A stretch of DNA of 64,000 bases from Thiotrichaceae bacterium UBA5859 (GTDB lineage: Bacteria; Pseudomonadota; Gammaproteobacteria; UBA5859). The stretch spans positions 191,314 to 255,313 of the forward strand of contig DJFZ01000005.1 in assembly GCA_002432655.1 (NCBI GenBank), read 5' to 3'. This document shows, in pieces, positions 23,386 through 32,864 of this stretch; positions within the stretch are counted from its first letter, which is position 1; every line of letters starts with the position of its first letter. The position numbers and the translations under genes are program-made. Below the pieces are notes generated by a model, which saw only the letters and a program-made list of their open reading frames with translations, was not told where the DNA came from and did no database searches.

Positions 23386-24498
23386 ATGGTAGGGTATGGT
23401 CATACTATGGGGCCGCGGGTTCGCTATCACTCTGATCTAAAGCAAGAGCATTTTCAGTATGATGAGGCACAGGCCTTAGCGGTAGATCAATTACAGGCAT
23501 TGTATGAGCAGCTGGTGGGTAAAGCTGAACCCACCCCACTGTTGCAAAAAATAAATCCCTGGCGTCAATCAGCTCGATCCGTCATTAAGGGGCTCTATTT
23601 TTGGGGCGGCGTGGGACGAGGCAAAACTTATCTAATGGACGCATTCTATGAAAGCTTACCCATTGACCAGAAACTGAGACTCCACTTTCACCATTTTATG
23701 CATAAAGTGCATACAAATTTACAGTCCCTGGGAGAAACCGTTAATCCATTAGAAAAGGTGGCGGACGGCTTTGCTCAAGAAGCTCGGGTGCTCTGTTTCG
23801 ATGAATTTTTTGTCTCTGATATCGCAGACGCCATGATATTAGCAAAGCTTCTGGAAGCGATGTTTAGTAGGGGAATTGTACTGGTGGCAACATCGAATGT
23901 GGTACCGAAGAATCTCTATCTGAATGGACTACAGAGAACAAAATTTTTACCAGCAATCGACCTCATTGAAGAGCATTTGCAAGTGGTTCAATTGGATGGA
24001 GGTGTAGATTATCGGTTACGAACATTAGAGCAAGCAGAAATTTATCACTATCCTCTAGATAAAAATGCGACAGCGACTCTACAGTCCAGTTTCGATGCTC
24101 TGACTAGGGGTGAACCTTTGAGTAGGGAACCCTTACAAATAAATAACCGGGTAATTTTATGTTTTTGTGAGGCCGCAGGTGTGGTGTGGTTCGATTTCGC
24201 CGAATTGTGCGATGGACCCAGAGGTCACTCCGACTATATCGAAATTGCACGCTGTTATCACACAGTGCTTTTGTCTAACGTACCGAGATTTATGCCTGGG
24301 CAGGAAGATATTGTCAGACGCTTTATCGGTTTAGTTGACGAATTTTATGATCGACAAGTGAAATTAATTATTTCCGCCGCAGTCCCCATGGAGCAGCTTT
24401 ACTCACAGGGAAATTTAATGTTCGAATTTCAACGTACCCTCAGCAGGCTGCAAGAAATGCAATCCCACCAATATCTTGCGTCCGAACACTTGCCCTAG
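23386..24498 (+). CDS. zapE: cell division protein ZapE (AFG1-like ATPase)
   Basis: Walker A GGVGRGKTYLMD and Walker B VLCFDEF, with AFG1-family length. The start codon is uncertain. Confidence 0.85.
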   Translation: MVGYGHTMGPRVRYHSDLKQEHFQYDEAQALAVDQLQALYEQLVGKAEPTPLLQKINPWRQSARSVIKGLYFWGGVGRGKTYLMDAFYESLPIDQKLRLHFHHFMHKVHTNLQSLGETVNPLEKVADGFAQEARVLCFDEFFVSDIADAMILAKLLEAMFSRGIVLVATSNVVPKNLYLNGLQRTKFLPAIDLIEEHLQVVQLDGGVDYRLRTLEQAEIYHYPLDKNATATLQSSFDALTRGEPLSREPLQINNRVILCFCEAAGVVWFDFAELCDGPRGHSDYIEIARCYHTVLLSNVPRFMPGQEDIVRRFIGLVDEFYDRQVKLIISAAVPMEQLYSQGNLMFEFQRTLSRLQEMQSHQYLASEHLP

Positions 24499-24591
24499 GC
24501 TAAGAGCTACAATTCAACGCGGGCTAGCCGATAGATCCGATAGATCCCCAAGATCCGGGTTCAAAACGGAAAAATTCAAAACATCTAGACG

Positions 24592-25695
24592 TTGAATGAA
24601 GAGAAAGCCATGAAGGGCAATGCTTCCATTTTGGTGGTTGATGATAACGATATGAATCGTGAGCTATTGTCGCGGCGATTAAATCATGAAGGTTATCAAG
24701 TCTATAGCGCCGAACATGGCGGACATGCGTTATCGACTCTGTCCGAACGGCATATAGATCTAGTGTTGCTGGATATAGTGATGCCCGTGAAAGACGGTTA
24801 TCAAGTGCTCTTCGAAATGAAATCTAATGAACGATTTAGAGACATACCAGTCATCGTGATCACTGCTGACGATGAACTGGATAGTTTAGTACGTTGTGTT
24901 GAAATGGGTGCGGATGATTATCTGACCAAACCTTTCAATCCGGTGATCCTACGCGCACGGATTAATTCATCTTTAGAGAAAAAAATTCAGTATGATATTG
25001 AGCGTCGTATCCGTTTTGAGCTAGAGGCAAAAGTGAAAGCGCAGATGGAAGAGTTAATCTCTGCGCAATTGGGTGTGATCCTGGCTATGTCGAAACTGGC
25101 CGAATCAAAAGATCCAGAAACGGGTGCCCATTTAGAACGCATGCAAGAATATTGTCGCACTCTAGCGCATCATTTATCCATGCAACCAAAGTACACTGAT
25201 TTTGTAGATAATGACTTTATCGAAGCGCTCTATTGTGCCGCACCATTGCATGATATTGGTAAGGTGGGTATTCCGGATAATATTTTACTCAAGCCCGGCA
25301 GATTGAATGTGGACGAATTTGAAGTGATGAAAACGCATACTTCATTAGGCGCGGCGACCTTACTTGCGGTCAATGAAAAATATCCTGGAAATCAGTTTGT
25401 CTGGATGGGAATAGAAATCGCGCAATCCCACCACGAGAAATGGGATGGCAGTGGCTATCCCGATGGGTTGGTTGGACTTGAGATACCTCTTTCTGCCCGG
25501 ATCTTAGCTTTGAGTGATGTTTATGATGCGCTCACTTCTAAACGCTGTTACAAAGAAAAATTCTCACACGAAAGAGCAAAAGACATCATTATAGACGGTG
25601 CAGCATCTCACTTTGATCCAGAGGTAGTGGACGCATTTCTTGAGGTGGAAGATGAATTCATTCGCATTCGTCGTGAAGTCCAGGAACAAGAGTAA
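24592..25695 (+). CDS. response regulator with HD-GYP phosphodiesterase domain (RpfG family)
   Basis: REC domain (ILVVDDNDMN ... LLDIVMPVKDG ... KP). HD-GYP motifs PLHDIGK and HHEKWDGSGYP. The likely start is ATG 24610. Confidence 0.88.
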   Translation: MNEEKAMKGNASILVVDDNDMNRELLSRRLNHEGYQVYSAEHGGHALSTLSERHIDLVLLDIVMPVKDGYQVLFEMKSNERFRDIPVIVITADDELDSLVRCVEMGADDYLTKPFNPVILRARINSSLEKKIQYDIERRIRFELEAKVKAQMEELISAQLGVILAMSKLAESKDPETGAHLERMQEYCRTLAHHLSMQPKYTDFVDNDFIEALYCAAPLHDIGKVGIPDNILLKPGRLNVDEFEVMKTHTSLGAATLLAVNEKYPGNQFVWMGIEIAQSHHEKWDGSGYPDGLVGLEIPLSARILALSDVYDALTSKRCYKEKFSHERAKDIIIDGAASHFDPEVVDAFLEVEDEFIRIRREVQEQE

Positions 25696-25994
25696 TGTCA
25701 CTTCACATTGGAGTGTGCAAATAATATCCAAGCTGGTGAAGTGCGCATCGTCGGTACCGAAAATTCTCCCCAAATTTGATAATCAACGCATATAGCTAGA
25801 GCTAATAGCCCATTGAACCGGCTTGTCCTCTGAGCGCAGCTCCAGTCTCCTGAGAGATTCAAGGATTGGTCGCATGGGAACGCATCACCTAGCAGGTAGC
25901 GAAGAGTGACAACAAATTTTTCTCATTTTGGTGAAGCGTGCTATCCTTAAAAAAAGTGATCCCACCGCTAGGTTGGAATTGAATTTCCTATTTT

Positions 25995-26921
25995 ATGTCT
26001 GTTTACACTTCTGTTGAAAAAGAGGAGCTAGAGGCTTTTTTAGCCGACTATTCGGTTGGAGGATTATTGGGTTATGAGGGCATTTCTGACGGTATAGAAA
26101 ACACAAACTATTTTGTAGATACGGTGGAGGCCCGCTGGGTATTGACGATTTTTGAGCACCACACCACTGAAGAGTTGGGTTTTTTCCTAGAACTGATGGA
26201 GTTTCTAGCGCAACATCAGATCCCATCCGCGCTACCAAAGCGCAATAGAAGCGGTGTTATTTTAGGGCAGATTAAAAACAAACCAGCCGCATTGGTGCAG
26301 CGTTTAAACGGAAAAAGTATTCAGTTGGCCACCCTGGCACAATGTCGCGCGGTTGGCCGAGCTTTAGGGCAATTTCACGTGGTGGGCCAGAAGTACCAGC
26401 AGCGGCGACCGAATGATCGCGATCTCGTTTGGTGTGACAACACGGCTTCAAAGTTAAACGGTGTGTTAGATGAGGAGCGAAAAAAACTGTTGCAGGATGA
26501 GCTTCATCATCAACATCATGCAGATCATAGTGGGTTGCCGTCTGGTATCGTGCACTGTGATCTGTTTCGCGATAATGTACTGTTTGAGAATACTGAAGTC
26601 ACTGGGTTGATTGATTTCTATTACGCCTGTACAGATGTCTTGTTGTTTGATATTGCGGTAACGGTCAATGATTGGTGCAGCGCTGAAAATGGGCTTTTAG
26701 TCCCCAGCTTGGTTCAGGCATTTTTAGGCGGGTATGAAGCAAAGCGTTCTCTATTACAAGAAGAACGGAATCAATGGTGGTCGATGTTACGCCTAGCAGC
26801 CTTGAGGTTTTGGCTTTCTCGACTAAAAGATCGCGCTTTTCCCAGGGAGGGAGAGCTGACCCACCTAAAAAATCCAGATTTTTTTCGTGATGTTTTGGTT
26901 GCCCGTCGAGGAGAACAATAG
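25995..26921 (+). CDS. thrB: homoserine kinase, APH-fold ThrB type
   Basis: MSVYTSV...LEAFLADY...GISDGIENTNYFV N-terminus is typical of Pseudomonas-type ThrB. Kinase catalytic loop HCDLFRDNVLF. Confidence 0.88.
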   Translation: MSVYTSVEKEELEAFLADYSVGGLLGYEGISDGIENTNYFVDTVEARWVLTIFEHHTTEELGFFLELMEFLAQHQIPSALPKRNRSGVILGQIKNKPAALVQRLNGKSIQLATLAQCRAVGRALGQFHVVGQKYQQRRPNDRDLVWCDNTASKLNGVLDEERKKLLQDELHHQHHADHSGLPSGIVHCDLFRDNVLFENTEVTGLIDFYYACTDVLLFDIAVTVNDWCSAENGLLVPSLVQAFLGGYEAKRSLLQEERNQWWSMLRLAALRFWLSRLKDRAFPREGELTHLKNPDFFRDVLVARRGEQ

Positions 26922-26928
26922 CTGACTA

Positions 26929-26959
26929 AAACTTATCCACAAATTTTGTGGATAAGTTT
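26929..26959. promoter_or_regulatory. 31-bp perfect palindrome carrying two consensus DnaA boxes in inverted orientation
   Basis: AAACTTATCCACAAA-T-TTTGTGGATAAGTTT. TTATCCACA at 26933-26941 and TGTGGATAA at 26947-26955 are both 9/9 matches to the E. coli-type consensus. It begins 8 nt after the thrB stop. Confidence 0.5.
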
Positions 26960-27130
26960 GTGCATAAAACAGTCACGTTTACGATCTCAACGCGATTTTT
27001 TATTTGGTCGTTTTTTAACCAGATATTCTATTCTTTACTAAATACTATTTAAATCAATCGCTTGAATGTACATAAATGTGTAAATTATTAAAAGTATGTT
27101 ATAAGAACGAAAAAACGGCATTTAATTCAT

Positions 27131-27151
27131 ATATCCACTGGCTGTGAATAA
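27131..27151. promoter_or_regulatory. second, weaker inverted pair of DnaA-box-like 9-mers
   Basis: ATATCCACT matches TTATCCACA at 7/9. TGTGAATAA fits the relaxed TGTGNAWAA consensus. The two are 3 nt apart, about 45 nt upstream of the dctQ-like GTG start. Confidence 0.3.
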
Positions 27152-27195
27152 AATTGCTAAATTCAATTTTTACAAGTACTAATTGAATCCAAATC

Positions 27196-27735
27196 GTGGC
27201 TGAATTTCCCCAATCCTTAATCCTATTTTTGAGGCGTTTTGCACAGGCCATTGATCTTATTAACGATCGATTGGGGCGGGCTGTTTCATTACTGACTATT
27301 TTTATGGTGTTGACGCAGTTTACTTTGGTCGCGCTGCGATATTTTCTGAATATTAATTCGATAGCACTACAAGAATCTGTGCTTTATATGCATGCGACTG
27401 TATTTTTATTGGCCGCAGCATATACCTATCAGCAGAATGGACAGGTGCGGGTAGATATATTTTATCAGCGTCTAAGTAGGCGCTCACAGGCTCTGGTCAA
27501 TATGATCGGTATACTTTTTTTTCTGATACCGATGATGGTGTTTATTTTTTATGTAAGCTGGCCCTATGTGGCCGACTCCTGGTCAATTCAGGAAGGATCA
27601 CGTGAAGCAGGTGGGTTGGCGGCAGTTTTTATCTTGAAAACAAATATCCTGGTTATGGCAACTTTATTGGGCATGCAAAGTTTGTCGCAATTTGTCAGCG
27701 AATTTTTGTTCTGGATTGGTGGGATGGAAACATGA
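27196..27735 (+). CDS. TRAP transporter small permease (DctQ family)
   Basis: 179 aa with four hydrophobic spans. It overlaps the large permease gene by 4 nt. GTG start. Confidence 0.85.
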   Translation: MAEFPQSLILFLRRFAQAIDLINDRLGRAVSLLTIFMVLTQFTLVALRYFLNINSIALQESVLYMHATVFLLAAAYTYQQNGQVRVDIFYQRLSRRSQALVNMIGILFFLIPMMVFIFYVSWPYVADSWSIQEGSREAGGLAAVFILKTNILVMATLLGMQSLSQFVSEFLFWIGGMET

Positions 27736-29108
27736 TGGCGATTGCATTGTTTCTATTGGTAGCGCTGGCAATTTTAACTGGGTTTCCGGTGGCGTTTGCT
27801 TTGGGTGGAGCGTCGTTGCTCGTGGCAGGCATTGGCATACTCCTGGGAAATTTTGACCCTGCTTTTCTTCAAGCTCTGCCTAACCGTTTATACGGCGTGA
27901 TGACTAACGGCACTCTGTTGGCGGTCCCGCTATTTGTTTTCATGGGCGTGATGTTGGAACGCGCCCGAATTGCAGAGCAGTTGTTGGATACGATGGCATC
28001 CCTATTTGGGGGGTTGCGCGGTGGTTTAGGCATATCTGTAGTTTTGGTAGGCATGCTGTTGGCTGCCAGTACCGGTATAGTTGGTGCGACTGTCGTGACG
28101 ATGGGCCTACTCTCTCTGCCCACCATGTTGAAACGGGGGTACGATGCCAAGGTAGCTACGGGTGTGATCTGTGCGTCTGGTACGCTTGGTCAGATTATTC
28201 CACCCTCAATTGTATTGGTCTTACTGGGAGATGTATTGTCGAGTGCTTATCAGCAGGCGCAACTCGATATGGGTATTTTTTCACCAGACACGGTTTCAGT
28301 GGGTGATCTATTCATCGGCGCTTTGGTTCCAGGACTAATTTTGGTTCTGCTTTACCTTGTCTACGTGGTTGTATTGGCTTGGAGTGCGCCCCACAGCATG
28401 CCCTTAGTATCTGAAAAAGTAGGTGGGTTGGACGGTAGAGATTTTTGGAAAAATATTTTCCAGGTGTTGGTGCCTCCCCTGTTGTTAATCGGAGCAGTAT
28501 TGGGTTCGATTATTGGGGGTGTGGCCACGCCGACTGAGGCCGCCTCAGTGGGTGCCATGGGGGCAATATTTTTGGCCTATCTATACAAACAGTTTTCCAT
28601 TCAAAATCTATACGAAGTCGCTCGAAGTACCACTCAGGTGACCTGTATGGTTTTCACTATCTTGATTGGTGCGGCAATTTTTTCATTGGTGTTCAGAGGG
28701 TTTGGTGGTGATGAATTGGTTACCGAGTTTTTGACTACCCTGCCTGGTGGGAAATTTAGTGCCCTCGTGGTCACTATGTTGGTTCTTTTCCTATTAGGAT
28801 TTATTTTGGACTTTATCGAAATTATCTTCATAGTGGTGCCAATTGTGGGTCCCATTCTATTGGCGATGGACATTGATCCCGTTTGGCTGGGTGTGATGAT
28901 TGCCGTCAATTTGCAAACCTCATTCTTGACGCCCCCCTTTGGATTTGCACTTTTTTACTTGAGGGGGGTAGCGCCTAGCGAAGTAAAAACGCGAGAAATC
29001 TACTTGGGTAGTCTGCCTTTTATCGGTCTACAGATCCTGGTTCTGTCTGCGCTAGCAGTTTGGCCGGCATTGGCTACTTATTTACCCGATATATTTAACA
29101 AAGTGTGA
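27732..29108 (+). CDS. TRAP transporter large permease (DctM family)
   Basis: 458 aa polytopic membrane protein with DctM-like composition and length, translationally coupled to the small permease. Confidence 0.9.
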   Translation: MMAIALFLLVALAILTGFPVAFALGGASLLVAGIGILLGNFDPAFLQALPNRLYGVMTNGTLLAVPLFVFMGVMLERARIAEQLLDTMASLFGGLRGGLGISVVLVGMLLAASTGIVGATVVTMGLLSLPTMLKRGYDAKVATGVICASGTLGQIIPPSIVLVLLGDVLSSAYQQAQLDMGIFSPDTVSVGDLFIGALVPGLILVLLYLVYVVVLAWSAPHSMPLVSEKVGGLDGRDFWKNIFQVLVPPLLLIGAVLGSIIGGVATPTEAASVGAMGAIFLAYLYKQFSIQNLYEVARSTTQVTCMVFTILIGAAIFSLVFRGFGGDELVTEFLTTLPGGKFSALVVTMLVLFLLGFILDFIEIIFIVVPIVGPILLAMDIDPVWLGVMIAVNLQTSFLTPPFGFALFYLRGVAPSEVKTREIYLGSLPFIGLQILVLSALAVWPALATYLPDIFNKV

Positions 29109-29123
29109 GAAACAGAATCACTG

Positions 29124-29993
29124 CTATTTTTCGCCCACCACTATGCCGTAATGCCAGGCCTCTTTTTTGAGGCAAATATACTGATAATTTGCGGCGATTA
29201 TATTTTGAGTCTGAATAGGTTTGCGAATTTTCAACCATTCAAGAATTTTACCTCCCGGATAAAGCAATACGGCTGCTAAATGCATACGTACAGCGGAAGG
29301 CAATATGGCTTCTGAAACATCATGAAACTGGATTTTGTTAAATCCGACTTCCGACATATCGGTTTGGAATTGTTGTTGCCCAGCTAAATCGGGTACTGCC
29401 CAACCCTCTAACCAGATGCGGTATTCTTCGGGACACTTAAAATTTATATCCACATCATTATAGAAACCATCCGCTACTACCAACCTACCTCCCGGTTTTA
29501 ATAGCCTGTAAGCTTCTTTGATGAATTCCTTTTTTTCTTCAGCATAACAGACTGCTTCCATCCCCCATACCACATCGAAGTTATTGGACTCTAAACCGGT
29601 GTCGGTAAAACTTGCTTCTTTATACTGGATTCTATCGGACAGACCTTTTTTTTTCGCCAATTTACGGGCACGCTCCAGTTGATAAGCGGAAATATTCACT
29701 CCAGTCATCTGCGCGCCAAGATTGTCGGCTAACCATAGGCAGCTCCCGCCGATCCCACATCCTGCATCTAATACTTGGCTTTCTGCCGTGATTCCAGCGT
29801 GTTGTGCCAAGATGCGATTCATATTCAGCACTGCGGCGTGGTGTCTCCTATGTTCCTTGTCATGATAACCATAGTGCAAAGAAAAACTTCGGTTTGCGCC
29901 CCAAATCAGTTGGTAATCGATGTGACATTTTTCGTAATAATCCAAAATTTGTTGTTGTTCCATTGTTCTGGTTTCCGACAATTTTAAAATCAA
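29124..29993 (-). CDS. class I SAM-dependent methyltransferase (substrate unknown)
   Basis: Motif I VLDAGCGIGGS. Post-I/II region FDVVWGMEAVCY and LLKPGGRLVVAD. The N-terminal YYEKCHIDYQLIWG...HYGY resembles small-molecule C/N-methyltransferases. Confidence 0.8.
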   Translation of the reverse strand: MILKLSETRTMEQQQILDYYEKCHIDYQLIWGANRSFSLHYGYHDKEHRRHHAAVLNMNRILAQHAGITAESQVLDAGCGIGGSCLWLADNLGAQMTGVNISAYQLERARKLAKKKGLSDRIQYKEASFTDTGLESNNFDVVWGMEAVCYAEEKKEFIKEAYRLLKPGGRLVVADGFYNDVDINFKCPEEYRIWLEGWAVPDLAGQQQFQTDMSEVGFNKIQFHDVSEAILPSAVRMHLAAVLLYPGGKILEWLKIRKPIQTQNIIAANYQYICLKKEAWHYGIVVGEK

Positions 29994-30084
29994 GAGCTTA
30001 CCCGGATAGGGTATTTAAATTGCTGCTAAATTTTCAGGCTACATTGGTCGATTTTAGTAGTATTGAGAAAAATTTCCTTAATTT

Positions 30085-32016
30085 ATGCAAATCCAATTTT
30101 CCCACAATCGTCCCCACTATGCCTACCTATTCGCATGGTATGGCTTATTGGTGGGGATGTTGTTTGTCCTGGGATGTACTCTAGCCCAGAGCTGGGTGCA
30201 ATTTGATAGTTTTTCTCTCAATTCGCTGTGGCGTACCCAGTCGGAATTGCATTGGTTTTGGATCATTGATGCGATACCGTTTCTTGTTGGTTTAGGTGCT
30301 TTTTATCGCGGACAACACCAGGATTTACTGCTTCAGAGTAGGTTAGATAGACAAAATTTTATTCGTGAATTGGAGCGGCGCAATCAAGAGTTAGACGTCA
30401 AAGTGCAAGAACAAACACGCGAAATTCAAAACGCAATGTCTAGTCTTGAACGCGCCTACGCTGCCAAGAGTGAATTTTTGGCATTTATTAGTCACGAGTT
30501 ACGTACACCGGTAAACGGTTTGATGGGTTTTCTAGATCTACTACGGGACACAGAACTCACCCATCCCCAGGCAGATTATGTAGATACTGCTCACCATTCT
30601 GGGGAGCATTTACTCACGCTAATTAACAATGTACTCGATTTTTCGAAAATCGAATCGGGACATATCGAACTTGAATCTACCGATTTTGAACTTCGTACTA
30701 TGTTAGAGGATGTGGTAGACATGGTTTCGCCGGTAGCTTTGGGTAAAGAAATTGAGCTTTCACTCCTGATCTCTTCTACGGTTCCCCAAATGATAAAAGG
30801 TGATCCGACACGATTGCGCCAAATCTTGATAAACCTAGTAAATAACGCGATCAAATTTACCGAAGAAGGGGAAATTACCATTTCTGTTTCTGTGGAAACA
30901 CTTAATGCCAAACAGGCAATCATTCAATTTCAGGTCCGGGATTCAGGCTGTGGCATTACTTCTGAGGCACAAGCGAAGATATTTGATAGTTTTACTCAGG
31001 CGACCCGTTCAACCACTAGACAATTTGGTGGTACCGGTCTCGGTCTTGCGATTGCTAAACAACTGACTGAGATGATGGAGGGCAAGATTGGCGTGCGTAG
31101 CCAACCTGAAGTGGGCAGCACATTCTGGTTCATGATTCCATTTGAGCTGAGTCTTTTAAGCCCGCCCAATTTTTATCCTATACAAGATTTGTCAGGTAAA
31201 CGAGTGCTTATATTTATCAACAACGATGGTAGTCGAGAGAGTATTTCACAACAATTAAAAGATTGGGCGTTAGAAGTATCCATCTTGGTGAGTAAAGCTG
31301 ATTTAGTAAGTGTTCTATCTGAGGCGGCACAACAACACAGGGCATTCGACTTAGTGTTGGTAGATGGCTATCTGAGTCCTCAGGACTTACAGCAATCCCG
31401 AGAAATCAAATCTTCCGATGAGCACCATTCAAAATTAGTCAAGCTCGTCAATTTGGCCAGTTTTGGTAAGCGGGGTGATGCAAAATCTGCTGCTGACGCA
31501 GGTTATGATGCTTATCTGAGCAAACCGGTCAGACGGGATCAATTAAGAGAGTGTTTGGCGGCGTTACTAAATGAAGACTCTAAGCAACCGAAACAGCTAC
31601 TAACCAAACATAGATTGGCTGAATCAGCGGCGCAAAAAGAAAATTGTATTTTGTTGGTGGAAGACAATGAAATAAATCAAAAGGTCACCCAGGCTATGTT
31701 GAATAAGCTTGGCTATCGAGTAGATGTCGCACACGATGGCGAAGAGGCGTTGAAGGCAATCGAGAAACACGCTTATGTATTGATTCTGATGGATTGTTAT
31801 ATGCCCGTGATGGATGGGTTCGAGGCCACAAAGAAGATCCGATGTCATCCAGAACACGGCAATATTCCGATCATTGCGGCCAGTGGCATGTCGAGTGAGA
31901 TAGAGCAAGCCAAATGTTTACAGTCTGGCATGAATGATTCGTTAATCAAGCCTATTAAAATAGAATCTCTTAAGAGTTGTCTAGATAAATGGCTAGAGAA
32001 TGAAAAGGAGGCATGA
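30085..32016 (+). CDS. hybrid sensor histidine kinase/response regulator
   Basis: Two N-terminal TM segments, coiled coil, H-box FISHELRTP, and N/G boxes (LVNNAIKFT, DSGCGI, GGTGLGLAI). A degenerate receiver-like domain follows, then a canonical C-terminal REC (LLVEDNEINQ ... LMDCYMPVMDG ... KP). Confidence 0.9.
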   Translation: MQIQFSHNRPHYAYLFAWYGLLVGMLFVLGCTLAQSWVQFDSFSLNSLWRTQSELHWFWIIDAIPFLVGLGAFYRGQHQDLLLQSRLDRQNFIRELERRNQELDVKVQEQTREIQNAMSSLERAYAAKSEFLAFISHELRTPVNGLMGFLDLLRDTELTHPQADYVDTAHHSGEHLLTLINNVLDFSKIESGHIELESTDFELRTMLEDVVDMVSPVALGKEIELSLLISSTVPQMIKGDPTRLRQILINLVNNAIKFTEEGEITISVSVETLNAKQAIIQFQVRDSGCGITSEAQAKIFDSFTQATRSTTRQFGGTGLGLAIAKQLTEMMEGKIGVRSQPEVGSTFWFMIPFELSLLSPPNFYPIQDLSGKRVLIFINNDGSRESISQQLKDWALEVSILVSKADLVSVLSEAAQQHRAFDLVLVDGYLSPQDLQQSREIKSSDEHHSKLVKLVNLASFGKRGDAKSAADAGYDAYLSKPVRRDQLRECLAALLNEDSKQPKQLLTKHRLAESAAQKENCILLVEDNEINQKVTQAMLNKLGYRVDVAHDGEEALKAIEKHAYVLILMDCYMPVMDGFEATKKIRCHPEHGNIPIIAASGMSSEIEQAKCLQSGMNDSLIKPIKIESLKSCLDKWLENEKEA

Positions 32017-32076
32017 TATGGTTCGTTTTCTCGGTCACTTTTTGATTCTTAGGCGTATATAGATTAGGAATGATAA

Positions 32077-32754
32077 ATGAAGAAATTGGTTTTTTATGGG
32101 TGGGTTCTTTTGGCAATTTTGGGTATTAGTTTTTCAGCATCTGCAGATAAGCCTAAAAATCAGCAAGATCAATTTAGTTATACCATTGGCTATCGATTCG
32201 CTACCGACATTTTAAATCAGGGTTTGGAGCTCGATCCTGACTGGGTGGGTCGAGCAATTTCTGATGTGTTGAAGGAAAAAGATGTAGCTTTAACCATAGA
32301 TGAAATGAATGCCGCCATGGAGGCCTATAAAAAGCAGAGATTGGCTGAACTAACCGAAGCGGGCAATAAGAATTTACAAGCCGGGCAAGATTATTTGGAT
32401 AAAAACAAGAAAAATAAAAATGTGGTGACACTAGACAATGGTCTGCAATACAAAATCCTTAAGGAAGGTTCAGGTAAAAAACCTGAGTTGCAAGATAAAG
32501 TAGTGGTGCACTATAAAGGGACTTTGATTGATGGTACTGAGTTCGATAGCTCCTATCGTCGAGGCCAACCGGCCTCCTTCAATGTGAATGGTGTGATACA
32601 AGGTTGGCAACAGGCATTAACTTTAATGCCTGAAGGGTCAAAATGGGAATTAGCGATACCTCCTCATTTGGCATATGGTGCCCGTGGCAGTGGCCCTAAA
32701 ATAGGCCCCAATGAAACATTGCTATTTGAGGTGGAATTGCTCGAGGTCCAATGA
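32077..32754 (+). CDS. periplasmic FKBP-type peptidyl-prolyl isomerase (FkpA/Mip-like)
   Basis: Signal peptide, an N-terminal helical dimerisation region and a C-terminal FKBP domain (VHYKGTLIDGTEFDSS ... GWQQAL ... LLFEVELL). Confidence 0.9.
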   Translation: MKKLVFYGWVLLAILGISFSASADKPKNQQDQFSYTIGYRFATDILNQGLELDPDWVGRAISDVLKEKDVALTIDEMNAAMEAYKKQRLAELTEAGNKNLQAGQDYLDKNKKNKNVVTLDNGLQYKILKEGSGKKPELQDKVVVHYKGTLIDGTEFDSSYRRGQPASFNVNGVIQGWQQALTLMPEGSKWELAIPPHLAYGARGSGPKIGPNETLLFEVELLEVQ

Positions 32755-32774
32755 GTTTTGTTGCTATTCTTTCT

Positions 32775-32801
32775 AAAAGGCAGCTTCTAGCTGCCTTTTT
32801 T
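32775..32801 (+). terminator. Rho-independent terminator after the FKBP gene
   Basis: AAAAGGCAGCT-TCT-AGCTGCCTTTTTT: GC-rich stem followed by a T-run. Confidence 0.7.
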
Positions 32802-32864
32802 ATTTGGGGATTCTTGGGTAATATTTTACAAAAATTGTGAAAAACTAGACTATCTGACTGAGAT

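Noticed and set aside
26922-27195. Possibility that the DnaA-box cluster after thrB is the chromosomal origin (oriC).
   Set aside because: Only about four boxes are present. I noticed only one GATC in the stretch I read, near the palindrome. I recognise no AT-rich 13-mer array. The flanking genes (thrB, TRAP permease) are not typical origin neighbours such as dnaA, rpmH, gidA or mioC. It is kept only as a candidate DnaA-binding regulatory site.
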